From assembly GCA_021158055.1 (NCBI GenBank), contig JAGGVJ010000045.1, positions 1-55,376 of the forward strand: a stretch of 55,376 nucleotides of DNA. The letters are read 5' to 3'. Origin of the DNA: Candidatus Iainarchaeum sp. (lineage in GTDB: Archaea > Iainarchaeota > Iainarchaeia > JAGGVJ01). Below, piece by piece: positions 17,952 to 28,244 of the stretch; position 1 is the stretch's first letter; each line of letters opens with the position of its first letter. The notes under the pieces are model-generated. The model did not search any database, was not told the origin of the DNA, and saw nothing but the letters and a program-made list of their open reading frames with translations. Made by a program: the position numbers and the translations under genes.

Positions 17952-19145
17952 ATGGTCTTTGAAATCATAATCGCTGCTTTTCTCGGCGTTGCCTTTGGAG
18001 TGATTACCGGCCTCGTGCCGGGACTTCACGTGAACGCGGTCGCGCCAATCGCCGCTTCACTAAATGTTTTCTCGCCGATAGGACTTGCCGTCTTCATCGT
18101 CTGCGTTGCGATAACACACAGCTTCGTGGACTTTATTCCCTCAATCTTTCTCGGGGCGCCAAACGAGGACACTGCCCTGTCCATTCTCCCCGGACACGCG
18201 CTTTACCTTCAGGGCCGCGGGTTTGAGGCAGTGAAAATCACAGTAATCGGCGGGCTTTCAGCGCTTTTTGTAAGCATTCTCCTGGTGCCTGTGTTTTACC
18301 TTGCGCTTCAAAACTACTCGGCACTTGAAACAGCAATGCCCTTTATCCTTCTCGGAGTCGCGTTCTACCCGGTCCTGACTGAAAAAGGCAAAAACAAAAT
18401 AAACACTGCTTTAGTGATCGGGCTTGCGGGCGCGCTCGGAATAATCACACTCAAAACCAACCTAAACTCCGCACCGCTTATCTTTTGTGCGCTAAGCGGG
18501 TTTTTCGGGGTCAGCACCCTGCTCACAGCAGTGCAAAAACAAGCGGTTTCAAAACCGCAGACACTCAAATATGAAAAAATACCTGCGACTTCAGTTGCGC
18601 AACTCTCGTTCGCAGGAGTGGTAAGCGGAGCGCTCACCGCAGCCCTTCCCGGGGTCGGGGCGTCACAGGCAGCAGTCATCTCAAAAACCGCGCTTTCAAA
18701 AATAAGCCAAAAAGACTTTCTTTTCATGCTCGGCGCAATAAACACCTCAAACGCAATATTTTGCTTTGCAGCCCTGTGGTTCATGAACCGCGCGAGAAGC
18801 GGTGCCGCACTCCAGATAAAAAACATCCTTGAAACAAACTTTTCAAACCTGCTTATTGTCGGCTCTGCCGTGCTGTTCGCGTGCGGGACAGCTGCCCTGC
18901 TCACACTCGCAATCGCCAGAAAAGCGTCGCTTTCAAGAACCAGTAAAAACGACGTGAGAAAAATTTACATCGCAGTAGTCGGTTTCCTGACTGTTTCCTC
19001 TGTTGCGGTCGGGGGGCTGACAGGGCTCATCGTACTTTTCACGGCGACAGGAACAGGATTGTTCTGCCAGTCAACAGGAATCAAAAGAATGTATTGCATG
19101 AGTTACTTATTAATACCAACTGCACTTTACTTTCTAGGGATTTAG
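17952..19145 (+). CDS. Tripartite tricarboxylate transporter TctA-like permease (archaeal DUF112 type)
   Basis: GVITGLVPGLHVN, FIPSIFLGAP..TALSILPGH, and the repeated LPGVG motif. Polytopic. Confidence 0.85.
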   Translation: MVFEIIIAAFLGVAFGVITGLVPGLHVNAVAPIAASLNVFSPIGLAVFIVCVAITHSFVDFIPSIFLGAPNEDTALSILPGHALYLQGRGFEAVKITVIGGLSALFVSILLVPVFYLALQNYSALETAMPFILLGVAFYPVLTEKGKNKINTALVIGLAGALGIITLKTNLNSAPLIFCALSGFFGVSTLLTAVQKQAVSKPQTLKYEKIPATSVAQLSFAGVVSGALTAALPGVGASQAAVISKTALSKISQKDFLFMLGAINTSNAIFCFAALWFMNRARSGAALQIKNILETNFSNLLIVGSAVLFACGTAALLTLAIARKASLSRTSKNDVRKIYIAVVGFLTVSSVAVGGLTGLIVLFTATGTGLFCQSTGIKRMYCMSYLLIPTALYFLGI

Positions 19146-19178
19146 ACACAAGACACACCCACACATCCGGAGATTCAG

Positions 19179-19544
19179 ATGCACTACAAAATAAACAACG
19201 ACGCGCTTGAAGTGATACTCGAGGCATCAAGAAACGTTTACCCGAATGAATTCATCGGGCTGCTCGGGGGAAACAAAACAACCATAACAGAAATAATCCT
19301 GCTTCCCGCAAGCGTTTACGGAAACGGGTTCTCTTCCTTTTCACCTTTCATGGCGCCGCTTTCACTCAATCACATGGGGACGGTCCACTCTCATCCAAGC
19401 GGTTTTTCACCCTCAAGACAAGACCTGACAGTTTTTTCAAAACAAGGAAAAGTCCACATAATCGCAAAACCGCCATATGAATCAATCAACGACCTGAGGG
19501 CATTTGACTCAAACGGAAAACAAGTGGAAATTTCAGTGAAATAA
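19179..19544 (+). CDS. JAMM/MPN+ metalloprotease
   Basis: PNEFIGLL..GTVHSHPS..PSRQD JAMM motif. Confidence 0.9.
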   Translation: MHYKINNDALEVILEASRNVYPNEFIGLLGGNKTTITEIILLPASVYGNGFSSFSPFMAPLSLNHMGTVHSHPSGFSPSRQDLTVFSKQGKVHIIAKPPYESINDLRAFDSNGKQVEISVK

Positions 19545-19591
19545 ACCATTGAATTTAATAAACAAAAATAATTAATGCTAAGGGGAAAGCA

Positions 19592-21148
19592 ATGCACAAA
19601 AAAACAAAACAAGAACCGCGTCCGGTGGCACTCATAATCATGGACGGATGGGGCTACTCAAGAAACATAAAATCAAACGCGGTACGCATTGCAAAAACAC
19701 CCAACTTTGATCATTTCTGGAAAAACTACCCGCACACATTGCTTGACGCCTCCGGAACAGCAGTGGGGCTGCCAAAAAACCAGATAGGCGGATCTGAAGT
19801 AGGGCACATGCACATCGGCGCGGGAAGAAAAATAAAGCAGGAACTCTGCACAATAAATGATTCAATAAAAGACAAATCTTTTTTCAAAAACAAAGCACTT
19901 ATTTCAGCGATTGAAAACGCAAAAAAACACAACTCAAAACTTCACTTGATGGGGCTCCTGTCAGACGGGGGAGTGCACAGCGACATAACCCACTTGTATG
20001 CATTGCTTAAGCTTGCAAGACAGCACAACTTCAAAAACGTTTTTATCCATGCTTTCCTTGACGGGCGCGACACACTGCCGAAAAGCGCCCTGGGTTTTGT
20101 AAAAAAGACACAGGAAAAAATCAATCAGACCGGAATCGGGCAAATTGCAAGCGTCAGCGGCAGATATTATGCAATGGACCGTGACAAACGATGGGACAGG
20201 ACAAAAAAAGCCTTTGATGCATTGGTTCTCGGCTCGGGAAAAACAGCAAAAGACCCGGTTGAGGCAATGAAAAAAGCATACTTCCGGGGAGAGACAGACG
20301 AATTTGTGCTGCCGACAGTTGTAAGTGAAAACAAAAAACCGACAGGGCTCATAGAAACCAATGACTCGGTTGTATTTTTTAACTTCAGGGCAGACCGCGC
20401 AAGGCAACTGACCCGCGCGTTTACTGATTCTGATTTCAGTGAATTTGAAATCCCAAAAAACAAGCGGCCAAAAGTATTTTTCACGTGTTTTGAACAATAC
20501 TTTGATGAATTTTCCGGGCCTGTCGCGTTTGAAAAAACCCCCGTGCCAAACACGCTTGCGGAAACCCTGAGCAAAAACAATGTTAAACAATTCCACGTTG
20601 CTGAAACAGAAAAATACGCCCACGTGACATTTTTTTTCAACGGCGGCCGTGAACAGCCCTTTGAAGGCGAAGACAGGAAAATAGTGCACTCGCCAAAAGT
20701 CGCCACCTACGACCTGAAACCTGAAATGAGTGCAAAAGGTGTGACAGATGCATTTTTGAATGCTTTAAAAAGTGGAAAATACGGGTTCTTGATTGCCAAC
20801 TTTGCAAACCCAGACATGGTAGGGCACACCGGAATAATGAAAGCAACAGTGAAAGCAGTTGAAACAGTTGACTTTTGCGTGGGAAAAATAATAAAAGCAG
20901 TAACTGAATCCAAAGGAATTGTCATTCTTACTGCAGACCACGGAAACGCAGAAAAGATGCTTGACCAAAAAACAAACGCAGTACTGACCGCACACAGCAT
21001 GAACCCCGTGCCCTGCATCATAATCGGGGCAGGAAAAATAAAACTGAAAAAAGGAAAACACGGCCTTGAAAACATTGCGCCGACCATCCTTGAACTCATG
21101 AAAATTGACAAGCCAAAAGAAATGACTTCAAAAAGTCTTATCTCATAA
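19592..21148 (+). CDS. gpmI: 2,3-bisphosphoglycerate-independent phosphoglycerate mutase (bacterial-type)
   Basis: IMDGWG, GSEVGH, SDGGVHS, GRYYAMDRD.RW, NFRADR, AETEKYAHVTFF, DMVGHTG and TADHGN. Confidence 0.96.
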   Translation: MHKKTKQEPRPVALIIMDGWGYSRNIKSNAVRIAKTPNFDHFWKNYPHTLLDASGTAVGLPKNQIGGSEVGHMHIGAGRKIKQELCTINDSIKDKSFFKNKALISAIENAKKHNSKLHLMGLLSDGGVHSDITHLYALLKLARQHNFKNVFIHAFLDGRDTLPKSALGFVKKTQEKINQTGIGQIASVSGRYYAMDRDKRWDRTKKAFDALVLGSGKTAKDPVEAMKKAYFRGETDEFVLPTVVSENKKPTGLIETNDSVVFFNFRADRARQLTRAFTDSDFSEFEIPKNKRPKVFFTCFEQYFDEFSGPVAFEKTPVPNTLAETLSKNNVKQFHVAETEKYAHVTFFFNGGREQPFEGEDRKIVHSPKVATYDLKPEMSAKGVTDAFLNALKSGKYGFLIANFANPDMVGHTGIMKATVKAVETVDFCVGKIIKAVTESKGIVILTADHGNAEKMLDQKTNAVLTAHSMNPVPCIIIGAGKIKLKKGKHGLENIAPTILELMKIDKPKEMTSKSLIS

Positions 21149-21229
21149 CCGTTGCATTTCAAACAATTTACCTCAACCGCCACAAAATCTTCACAAAAGT
21201 ATTTATGTAATCAAACAGTAATTTTTGAT

Positions 21230-21835
21230 ATGAGCATTACGTTCAAAAAAGGATTTATTACATTTGATTTCATCCTGGCGTCGCTTGTGTGTCTTGCACT
21301 GCTTTCAAGCATGATCCAGTACGCAAAAGGGCTTGAAGACACCTCAGACATCCACTTGTTCCGGGCGACCACAAAAGCATACGCCGAACACACTGCCCAC
21401 CTGATAAACACTGCTGTTGCAGACCAGATAGGGCAAGTTGACACAGACACAACCCCTTTGACAAGGTGGTTTGTACTGGGCGACCGCCTTCCGTTTCCTG
21501 TTGCCGCAGACTATAACCTGCACTCCTGCTTTGTATGGATGGAAGACTCAGGGTCAGGTTCAAAAGACACCCTGGTTGTCAAAACAATGGTAAAACCCAA
21601 AGACGCTGTTTTAAACGAACATCCCGACCCATCCAACACTTTCAAATACCCTGACATGGCAGACAACATCAGTTCATATACCGTCACAGTAAAAACACCG
21701 GTCACTTCCCTTGCAACGCTTTACAACGCAAAAATTGAAGGCGGAGCTGAATGTGAAAGCTCAGAAAACCCTGCTGAAGAAAACAACTGGTGCTTTTGCA
21801 ACGCGCTGAAAATAAAGTCGGTGGCAACAGTATGA
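21230..21835 (+). CDS. Pilin-like protein (class III signal peptide)
   Basis: MSITFKKG|FITFDFILASLVCLALL. Start moved to ATG 21230. Confidence 0.75.
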   Translation: MSITFKKGFITFDFILASLVCLALLSSMIQYAKGLEDTSDIHLFRATTKAYAEHTAHLINTAVADQIGQVDTDTTPLTRWFVLGDRLPFPVAADYNLHSCFVWMEDSGSGSKDTLVVKTMVKPKDAVLNEHPDPSNTFKYPDMADNISSYTVTVKTPVTSLATLYNAKIEGGAECESSENPAEENNWCFCNALKIKSVATV

Positions 21836-22287
21836 AACGCGGACAACTGTTTTCAATCGATTTAGTCATTGCTTTTTTCATGATGATCGTCGGAATCTCA
21901 TTCATTCTGGTTTACTACGAAGACATCGCATACAGCATTGACCACGACCTTGAAATGCAAAAAATGCAGAGGATTGCAGACGACGCCGCTCATCTGCTGA
22001 TGAACCACCCCATGTTTTTGGATGACTTTGACGCAGGCGCAATGGGCGACAATGAAAAAATCGGCGGCATAAACTACAAAAATGATGCTATAATCAGCAC
22101 TTTCAAATCACAGGGCTCTGTTGATTTAAGCGCCGTTCCGGGAAACAAGCACAATCTCGGCGCGTATGGATATACACTTGATGTGAACCCCGGTGTTCCG
22201 CCTGGCCTGTGTGCCGGCAGCTCAAACATTGCAAAATCACAAAGGATTCAAAAAGACGGAACCCTTTTGGAGGTTTACGTATGCTGA
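21832..22287 (+). CDS. Pilin-like protein (class III signal peptide)
   Basis: MKRG|QLFSIDLVIAFFMMIVGI. ATGA overlap with the previous stop. Confidence 0.8.
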   Translation: MKRGQLFSIDLVIAFFMMIVGISFILVYYEDIAYSIDHDLEMQKMQRIADDAAHLLMNHPMFLDDFDAGAMGDNEKIGGINYKNDAIISTFKSQGSVDLSAVPGNKHNLGAYGYTLDVNPGVPPGLCAGSSNIAKSQRIQKDGTLLEVYVC

Positions 22288-22688
22288 AACAAAGAGGGAT
22301 TTTTTTCAGCACAGATGCGTTTTTCGGGTTGATCATTGTATTCATGGGAATCGCAATGATTACCTCTCTATATGTCCTGCCGCACGGAAACGATGATTTA
22401 GTTACAATGGAGCGGCTTGCAAGAGATTCCGCTATATCGCAGACAAACGTCGATTCAGACACTGTATTTAAAAGCGAAACAGCTGCAGACCCGCACACCA
22501 GCATAAAAGTTAACCGCTACACCTGTTTTGGAGAACTTGACTTTAGCGGATGCGCCGTTACCGGTTCACTTTGCGGCACTGCCGAATATTCAATGCCTAA
22601 AGTATGCCAGCTCAACAAAGAATATGACCCAAACGATTACTCCACCCTTGACACGCACGACTCAAACGTGGAGGTGCACTTGCCTTGA
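22281..22688 (+). CDS. Pilin-like protein (class III signal peptide)
   Basis: MLKQRG|IFFSTDAFFGLIIVFMGI. SD GGAGG upstream. Confidence 0.8.
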   Translation: MLKQRGIFFSTDAFFGLIIVFMGIAMITSLYVLPHGNDDLVTMERLARDSAISQTNVDSDTVFKSETAADPHTSIKVNRYTCFGELDFSGCAVTGSLCGTAEYSMPKVCQLNKEYDPNDYSTLDTHDSNVEVHLP

Positions 22689-23647
22689 TCAGCATCAACA
22701 GCAAAAAACGCGGGTTTGTAATGATTGCAATACTTTCCGTAATGGTTTTCGCGGTCTTTTTGCAGGTAATTCAGGTTTCAAAAAACGAGGCAAACTACCA
22801 GGCTTCAAACCAATCCACAATACTGATGGACAAAGTGCATTACGCAGCAGTGGATGCAATAGAAGGCAGCTGCTACAAAACGCTTGCCTGGAAAGAACTC
22901 CAAAGCCTCATAAACAAAAGCACAAATGATGATTCAAACACTGTCGACGTATTGATCAAAAGGTACAACCCGCCCGGAAGCGGGACATACATCCACAGCT
23001 GGCCGGGCGACGGATACGACTCCGTTTCTAATTCAACATCCGACGTCAGCATTCCGGCGCGATGCGGGAACAACGAATGCGACTACAACTGCAAGATAAA
23101 CGTCGTGTGGAAAGATGGCGCAAATGTTAAATTTACATGCGGAGAACTGCGAAGAAACAGCTGTGAAATCACCAACTGCACTGTTGCTGCCTGCACTGCC
23201 GCCATTGGCGGGTGCGGGGGTTACAGTGAGGAAAAGACAATAGTACGGGAATACCTTGAAAACGGAACCCTTGACAACACAGAAGACGCATACAACCCTT
23301 CTTTTTACTGCCCGGACGACTGCGAAGCAGCATGCTTGAAGACCTGCTGGGAAAACGATGACAACGGCGATGCAGCTGCATTGGGAATTATAGAATGCAG
23401 CACCATTGATAGTGATTATGCCACTCAAGATGCAGCATATCAATCTGACAAATGCGACTCGCCCATAGCAGGCACTGCAGCAGGAACATGGAAAGCAACC
23501 CCGGGGGGTGCAGAAATAATCTTGGAAGTGAGCGCGCACGCATACAAGCCACCAATACAATCATTAATCAACGAAGACTACAACAACATAATGCAAAGAG
23601 ACGAAATAATCTGCCCTCCGCCGCACATAAACGCGGACGCGTCCTGA
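22685..23647 (+). CDS. Cys-rich pilin-like protein, possible adhesin
   Basis: SKKRG|FVMIAILSVMVFAVFL, then an acidic Cys-rich extracellular region. TTGA overlap with the previous gene. Confidence 0.7.
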   Translation: MISINSKKRGFVMIAILSVMVFAVFLQVIQVSKNEANYQASNQSTILMDKVHYAAVDAIEGSCYKTLAWKELQSLINKSTNDDSNTVDVLIKRYNPPGSGTYIHSWPGDGYDSVSNSTSDVSIPARCGNNECDYNCKINVVWKDGANVKFTCGELRRNSCEITNCTVAACTAAIGGCGGYSEEKTIVREYLENGTLDNTEDAYNPSFYCPDDCEAACLKTCWENDDNGDAAALGIIECSTIDSDYATQDAAYQSDKCDSPIAGTAAGTWKATPGGAEIILEVSAHAYKPPIQSLINEDYNNIMQRDEIICPPPHINADAS

Positions 23648-23664
23648 GTTCAAATCAGATAAAT

Positions 23665-25077
23665 TCATCTGAAAAGAATTGACTTCAAAAACTCTTCAGT
23701 AAACCTGCTTCCGTGAGTCTCGCGCGAAAAACCGTTTTTTCTCGCAACCGCCCTGACCGCATCCTGCGAACCGGAACCGTACTGCATGGATTTCTTTGGC
23801 TTGACTGCAATTTCTTTCGGCACCCCAAGCTCAAGAGCCATCTTGCGTACAGGGTGCTTTCTCAGATTGTCATCAACCGACAGAATTTTTTCACAACAAG
23901 GAATCCCAAGGGCCGCGGGAACAAAATACCTATCAAGGAAAGGCAAACGCACGTCAAGTTCAAAATCGGAAAAAACACTGTAATCGCGGACCAGGTTTCT
24001 TGACTGCATGTCACCAAGCTTTTGAACCACCTTTCTTTCAACACCTTCAAAACCACTGCCTGAAAGCGTTTCAACAAAGGAATGGTAACTGCAGAAAAGC
24101 TCGTCAGAACCCTGCCCGGACAACACAACATTTAAACCGCTTTGTTTAATCTGGCTTGCCGCAACAAACTCTGTCACTGCGAGAGCTGCATGCATGGGGT
24201 GAGAGGTGCCAATCAAGGGAACAACTTTCCAAAGCACATCTTCAACCTCATCAAGGCCGACTTCAACCACAGTCAATGGTAATCCAAGGGCGTTTGCGGA
24301 TTTTTTTGCTTCCACAACATCTTTTGAACCTGAAAGCCCTGCAACAAAAAGAGAAACACCACAGTAATCTGAAGCAGATTTCGCAACAGTTGAAGAATCA
24401 ACCCCCCCGGAAAAAAGCACTGCTGCTTCCTTTACACCTTTGAGCCTTTTTTGCACCGCAATCTCAAAAATTTCTTTCAATTCAGTTACAGTCGGGTGAA
24501 ACAATTCCTTTTTTTCTTTTTTAATATCCAAAACATCAAAAGCATCGCAAAAAGAATTTTTACCTGAAGCGTGAACAAGCGACCGGCCGCGGCAAAGAAT
24601 CTGGGGATCTGCTGTTTGAAGGCCTGCTGTCTGAAGGCCTGCCGAACTGCCAAAAACAGTTTTCGGGGTTCCGACTTCGGTTCTAAGTTCAGTTCCGGCT
24701 TTGCTCTCAAGGTACCAGACAGGTCTTGAGCCAAGAAAATCGGAAAAACACACAATGGTTTCACCCAAACCCGCAACGCATGAAAACTCGCCGTCAATCA
24801 ACCTGCCTGCTTCAAAGACAGCCTTGTCAACAGAGCCAGATTTTTTAAGTTTCTTCAAAAGCAACTCAAGAACAGACAAAGCCTGCTTATCCTGAACTTC
24901 ACGGGGTTTGCTTTCAAGACTGCTTTTTAGTGAATAGATATTTCCGGAAATAACACACCAGTTGTCATCCGCATCAGAAAAAGAACTCACACCCCCTGCA
25001 TTGCCGTGCAAAAAGCCATGCTTTTGTTCTTCAAAAGAAATTTTCACAACAACACCCCCAAACCCTGCTTTTATCAC
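23665..25077 (-). CDS. Asparagine synthetase-like protein (AsnB family; N-terminal glutaminase Cys not evident)
   Basis: PP-loop LFSGGVDSS, LSGQGSDELF, VRLPFLD, K..MQYGSG. N-terminal DGEFS..D.LG.RP remnant. Confidence 0.8.
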   Translation of the reverse strand: MIKAGFGGVVVKISFEEQKHGFLHGNAGGVSSFSDADDNWCVISGNIYSLKSSLESKPREVQDKQALSVLELLLKKLKKSGSVDKAVFEAGRLIDGEFSCVAGLGETIVCFSDFLGSRPVWYLESKAGTELRTEVGTPKTVFGSSAGLQTAGLQTADPQILCRGRSLVHASGKNSFCDAFDVLDIKKEKKELFHPTVTELKEIFEIAVQKRLKGVKEAAVLFSGGVDSSTVAKSASDYCGVSLFVAGLSGSKDVVEAKKSANALGLPLTVVEVGLDEVEDVLWKVVPLIGTSHPMHAALAVTEFVAASQIKQSGLNVVLSGQGSDELFCSYHSFVETLSGSGFEGVERKVVQKLGDMQSRNLVRDYSVFSDFELDVRLPFLDRYFVPAALGIPCCEKILSVDDNLRKHPVRKMALELGVPKEIAVKPKKSMQYGSGSQDAVRAVARKNGFSRETHGSRFTEEFLKSILFR

Positions 25078-26831
25078 TTGTAGTAATACTCACCGGAACT
25101 CTTCTGGCCTGAATCAAGCTGGGAACCCGGCTTGTTTGCCCTCGGCCTTCCGGTTTGCTGGTCTCTTCTGAAAGTCACACTCATTTCCTTTAAAAAACTA
25201 TTCATTCCGGTCCGCATGTCAGTTATTTTCGAAGCAAACCCTTGTTTTGAGGATTCGCCTGAAAAATTCAGCAACCTGTCTGAAATAAAATCAATGACAA
25301 GAATATCGTGATCCACAACCAACGTGGTACTCCCGCGCTTTTCAGTTACGCGCCTTATGACTCCTGCAACTTCAAGCCTCTGGTCAATATCAAAAAACGC
25401 GGAGGGCTCGTCAAGCAGGTAAAGATCTGCCTTTTTTGCCATCGCAACAGAAACCGCAACCCTTTGAAGCTGGCCGCCGGAAAGGTCATTCATTTTCACA
25501 TCCATCAGCACATCAAGATTCATCTGGTTTTTAATCTCCGACTCAAACACATCCTTTTCAAAATCCCCCTGGCAGGCTATAAAATCACGGACCGTTCCGT
25601 CAAAATCACTTTTCAGGTACTGCGGCTTGTAAGAAATTTTAAGATCGCTTTTGAACTCTGTGTTGTCAGGGGCAATTTCCCCAGCAAGCATTTTAACAAA
25701 CGTTGACTTTCCGGTGGCGTTCGGCCCGAGAATCCCAACCACTTCACCGCGCCTTACAGAACCGGATTCAACTTTCAGCGAAAAACCACCGAGTTTTTTT
25801 TCAAGAGCAGGGTAATCAAGAAGATTTGCTCCCGCCCACTCTGAAGGCGGGGCACGGACCTCAAACTTTACCGCGCGCTCGCGAACCCTTGTGTTTTCGT
25901 CCCTGAGAAAACCCAAAAGGTACTCGTTTATTCCAAGACGCACTGACTTCTCTGCTGAAACCACTCCAAATGCGCCTTCTTTTCCAAAAAAAACCCGCAC
26001 AAAATCCGACAGGTAATCAAGGATCGCAAGGTCGTGTTCAATCAGCACAACCGACTTCCCGTTTTCGGTAAGCATTCGCAAAACCCTTGCGATTTTAAGC
26101 CTTTGGCTGACATCAAGGTAACTTGTGGGCTCGTCAAAAAAATAGATATCCGCTTCCTTCAAAGCAGCCGCAACAATTGCAACCCTCTGCAGTTCCCCCC
26201 CGCTGAGGTTTGAAAGATTCTTATCAAGCACGCCGGTTATTTCAAGCTCTCCCGCAAGCTTGCTTTCAACCGCTTTTCCGTCAACTTTTTCAAGAAGCTG
26301 CCTTGCTGTCCCGTCAAAAAACTTCGGGATCAACTCCACGTTCTGCGGCTTGAACGAAACAATCACTTTTTTGTCCCTTAGTTTTTCAAAATAACTCTGA
26401 AACTCAGTTCCGCGAAACGACTCTGTTACCTCGTCAAGTGTTTTTTCAGATTCAAAATCACCCATATTCGGAATCAGGTCGCCTGCAAGAATCCTCATTG
26501 CAGTGGTTTTTCCAATGCCGTTTGCCCCGATAAAACCAAGGACAGAGCCCTGCCTCGGAAAAGGCAAACCAAACAGCCTGAACGAATTCGCTCCGAACTG
26601 GTGAATGGGTTTTCCTGTTTCTTCAGGCAGGTTCACGATAGTTATCGCGCCAAAAGGACACTTGTTCACGCAAATCCCACACCCTGTGCACAAATCCTCT
26701 GAAATAAACGGGAAATTTCCCTTCTCGATGATTGTCTCCTCACCCATCCTGACTCCCGGGCAAAACTTTATGCACACAAAACCGCATTTTTTGGGCTTGC
26801 ATTTCTTCCTGTCCAAAACCGCAATTCTCAT
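25074..26831 (-). CDS. rli1: ABCE1/Rli1 ribosome recycling ATPase
   Basis: Two Fe-S motifs (CKPKKC..C..CP and CTGCGICVNKCP). Two ABC cassettes with LSGGELQR and LSGGQLQR. TFRRD..GRPR.NK. Confidence 0.96.
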   Translation of the reverse strand: MRIAVLDRKKCKPKKCGFVCIKFCPGVRMGEETIIEKGNFPFISEDLCTGCGICVNKCPFGAITIVNLPEETGKPIHQFGANSFRLFGLPFPRQGSVLGFIGANGIGKTTAMRILAGDLIPNMGDFESEKTLDEVTESFRGTEFQSYFEKLRDKKVIVSFKPQNVELIPKFFDGTARQLLEKVDGKAVESKLAGELEITGVLDKNLSNLSGGELQRVAIVAAALKEADIYFFDEPTSYLDVSQRLKIARVLRMLTENGKSVVLIEHDLAILDYLSDFVRVFFGKEGAFGVVSAEKSVRLGINEYLLGFLRDENTRVRERAVKFEVRAPPSEWAGANLLDYPALEKKLGGFSLKVESGSVRRGEVVGILGPNATGKSTFVKMLAGEIAPDNTEFKSDLKISYKPQYLKSDFDGTVRDFIACQGDFEKDVFESEIKNQMNLDVLMDVKMNDLSGGQLQRVAVSVAMAKKADLYLLDEPSAFFDIDQRLEVAGVIRRVTEKRGSTTLVVDHDILVIDFISDRLLNFSGESSKQGFASKITDMRTGMNSFLKEMSVTFRRDQQTGRPRANKPGSQLDSGQKSSGEYYYK

Positions 26832-26933
26832 AAAAAAACCTAAATTATCAAAAATTACAAAAAATCAACTGTAAAAAACCAGGCGTGTTTACCCGCACAT
26901 TTAAACAGTAATACATCATTACGTGAATGTGAA

Positions 26934-28178
26934 CTACCCCGCCCTTATGGATGGGGCTTCCTGATTCATAGAAAAAACTTGCTGTTTGCTTGTACAACAA
27001 ACAGTAGAGGTGTTGTCTCCAACAGGCTTGGATTCGGACAGTTCCTGCCCTAGTTTCAATATGTTTAGCGAAGCGTTAGTATCCCTGTCAAGCACTAACC
27101 CACAATTGCATTTGTGAGTTCGCACTGCTAATGATTTCTTGACTATTTCTCCGCAATTGCTGCATCGTTGTGATGTGTTTCTTGGATTGACTGATTCAGA
27201 AACCAAAGATTTCTGAATATTACAGAATCCCGCGGGATTCTGTAATTTTACAACCCTGCCACCGGCACTTTCAGCCACGTAACCAAGTTTTTCTAAAAAG
27301 TTTCCCCAGGACACATCGTTTATTGACTTTGCCAAGCAATGGTTTTTAACCATGTTTTTTATGTTCAAATCCTCAACACAGATAAAACCGTATCTTTTGA
27401 CTAAATCATTGCTTAGTTTCCACGCAAAGTCATCTCTGATATTTATTATTCTTTCATCAACCACAGCAATCTTGACTCTTTTTTTGTTCCGGTTTTTGCT
27501 TTGCTTCATTGTCTTGCTGAAGTTTCTGTTTAATCGTTTTCTTTTCTTTGCAAAGTATTTCAACGGTTTAGGGTGTTCAACAAACTCATTATCACTTGTT
27601 GCAATGAAATAATTCAACCCCAAATCCAAACCCACTTCTTTATCTGTAGTTGTCTTTTTGTTATCAGTTGGGTTTGCACAAACCACTGTTGCAAAATATT
27701 TTCCCGTCTTTGCTTTTTTTATTGTAAGTGTTTTAGCATTACCTGTTATTTCCCTGTGGTATTTAGTGTTTAGCCAGCCAACTTTAGGAAAAAATGTTTT
27801 CTTGCCTATATTTTCAGGGTTATTGACTTGAGGCATTGTAATGCTTCTGTTTGCCCCGAACTTTTTATATCTCGGAAAACCTTTCTTCCTTGCGTTTTCC
27901 TTTACTCTCCTGAAAAAGTTTCTGAAACCCTTGTCCACCCTGTCCGCAACGTTTTGCACTACCTGAGAATGGGTTTCTTTAGTGCCTTTCACTTCTGAAT
28001 ACAAGTGTTTTCTCCCTAAATTTGCATTGTATTGATTATGAGCAAGTTTTTTCAGGGCAAGCAGTTCATTGAATGTTTTTCTGCAAAACTCTATTTGTTT
28101 GTCTATTTCTGTGGCTTGTGCCTTTGAAGGATAAACCCTGTACCTGTACGCTTTCATTACACCCATAACAATACCCAT
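26934..28178 (-). CDS. tnpB: RNA-guided endonuclease TnpB
   Basis: KAYRYRVYP HTH start. RuvC residues GLDLG, VEDL and DRDTNA intact. Zn finger CSNCG..CNCG. Start may be 28157. Confidence 0.93.
   Translation of the reverse strand: MGIVMGVMKAYRYRVYPSKAQATEIDKQIEFCRKTFNELLALKKLAHNQYNANLGRKHLYSEVKGTKETHSQVVQNVADRVDKGFRNFFRRVKENARKKGFPRYKKFGANRSITMPQVNNPENIGKKTFFPKVGWLNTKYHREITGNAKTLTIKKAKTGKYFATVVCANPTDNKKTTTDKEVGLDLGLNYFIATSDNEFVEHPKPLKYFAKKRKRLNRNFSKTMKQSKNRNKKRVKIAVVDERIINIRDDFAWKLSNDLVKRYGFICVEDLNIKNMVKNHCLAKSINDVSWGNFLEKLGYVAESAGGRVVKLQNPAGFCNIQKSLVSESVNPRNTSQRCSNCGEIVKKSLAVRTHKCNCGLVLDRDTNASLNILKLGQELSESKPVGDNTSTVCCTSKQQVFSMNQEAPSIRAG
27192..27246. repeat. Two adjacent inverted repeats forming an in-frame insertion in tnpB
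   Basis: ATTCAGAAA-ccaaaga-TTTCTGAAT (27194-27218) and perfect 28-bp palindrome ATTACAGAATCCCGCGGGATTCTGTAAT (27219-27246). Confidence 0.9.
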
Positions 28179-28244
28179 GTCTTATGTGTCTTATATATCA
28201 TATATTCCTATCCCCTCCCTTTCAGAAGGGGACTTACGAAAAGG

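Larger units (their letters stand above)
26929..28243 (-). mobile_element. IS200/IS605-family element encoding TnpB only (no tnpA)
   Basis: Left-end hairpin 28211-28232 with TAAG at its 5' foot. Right-end hairpin 26937-26956 with GAAG at its foot, ending GTAGTTCAC. Boundaries are inferred. Confidence 0.8.
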
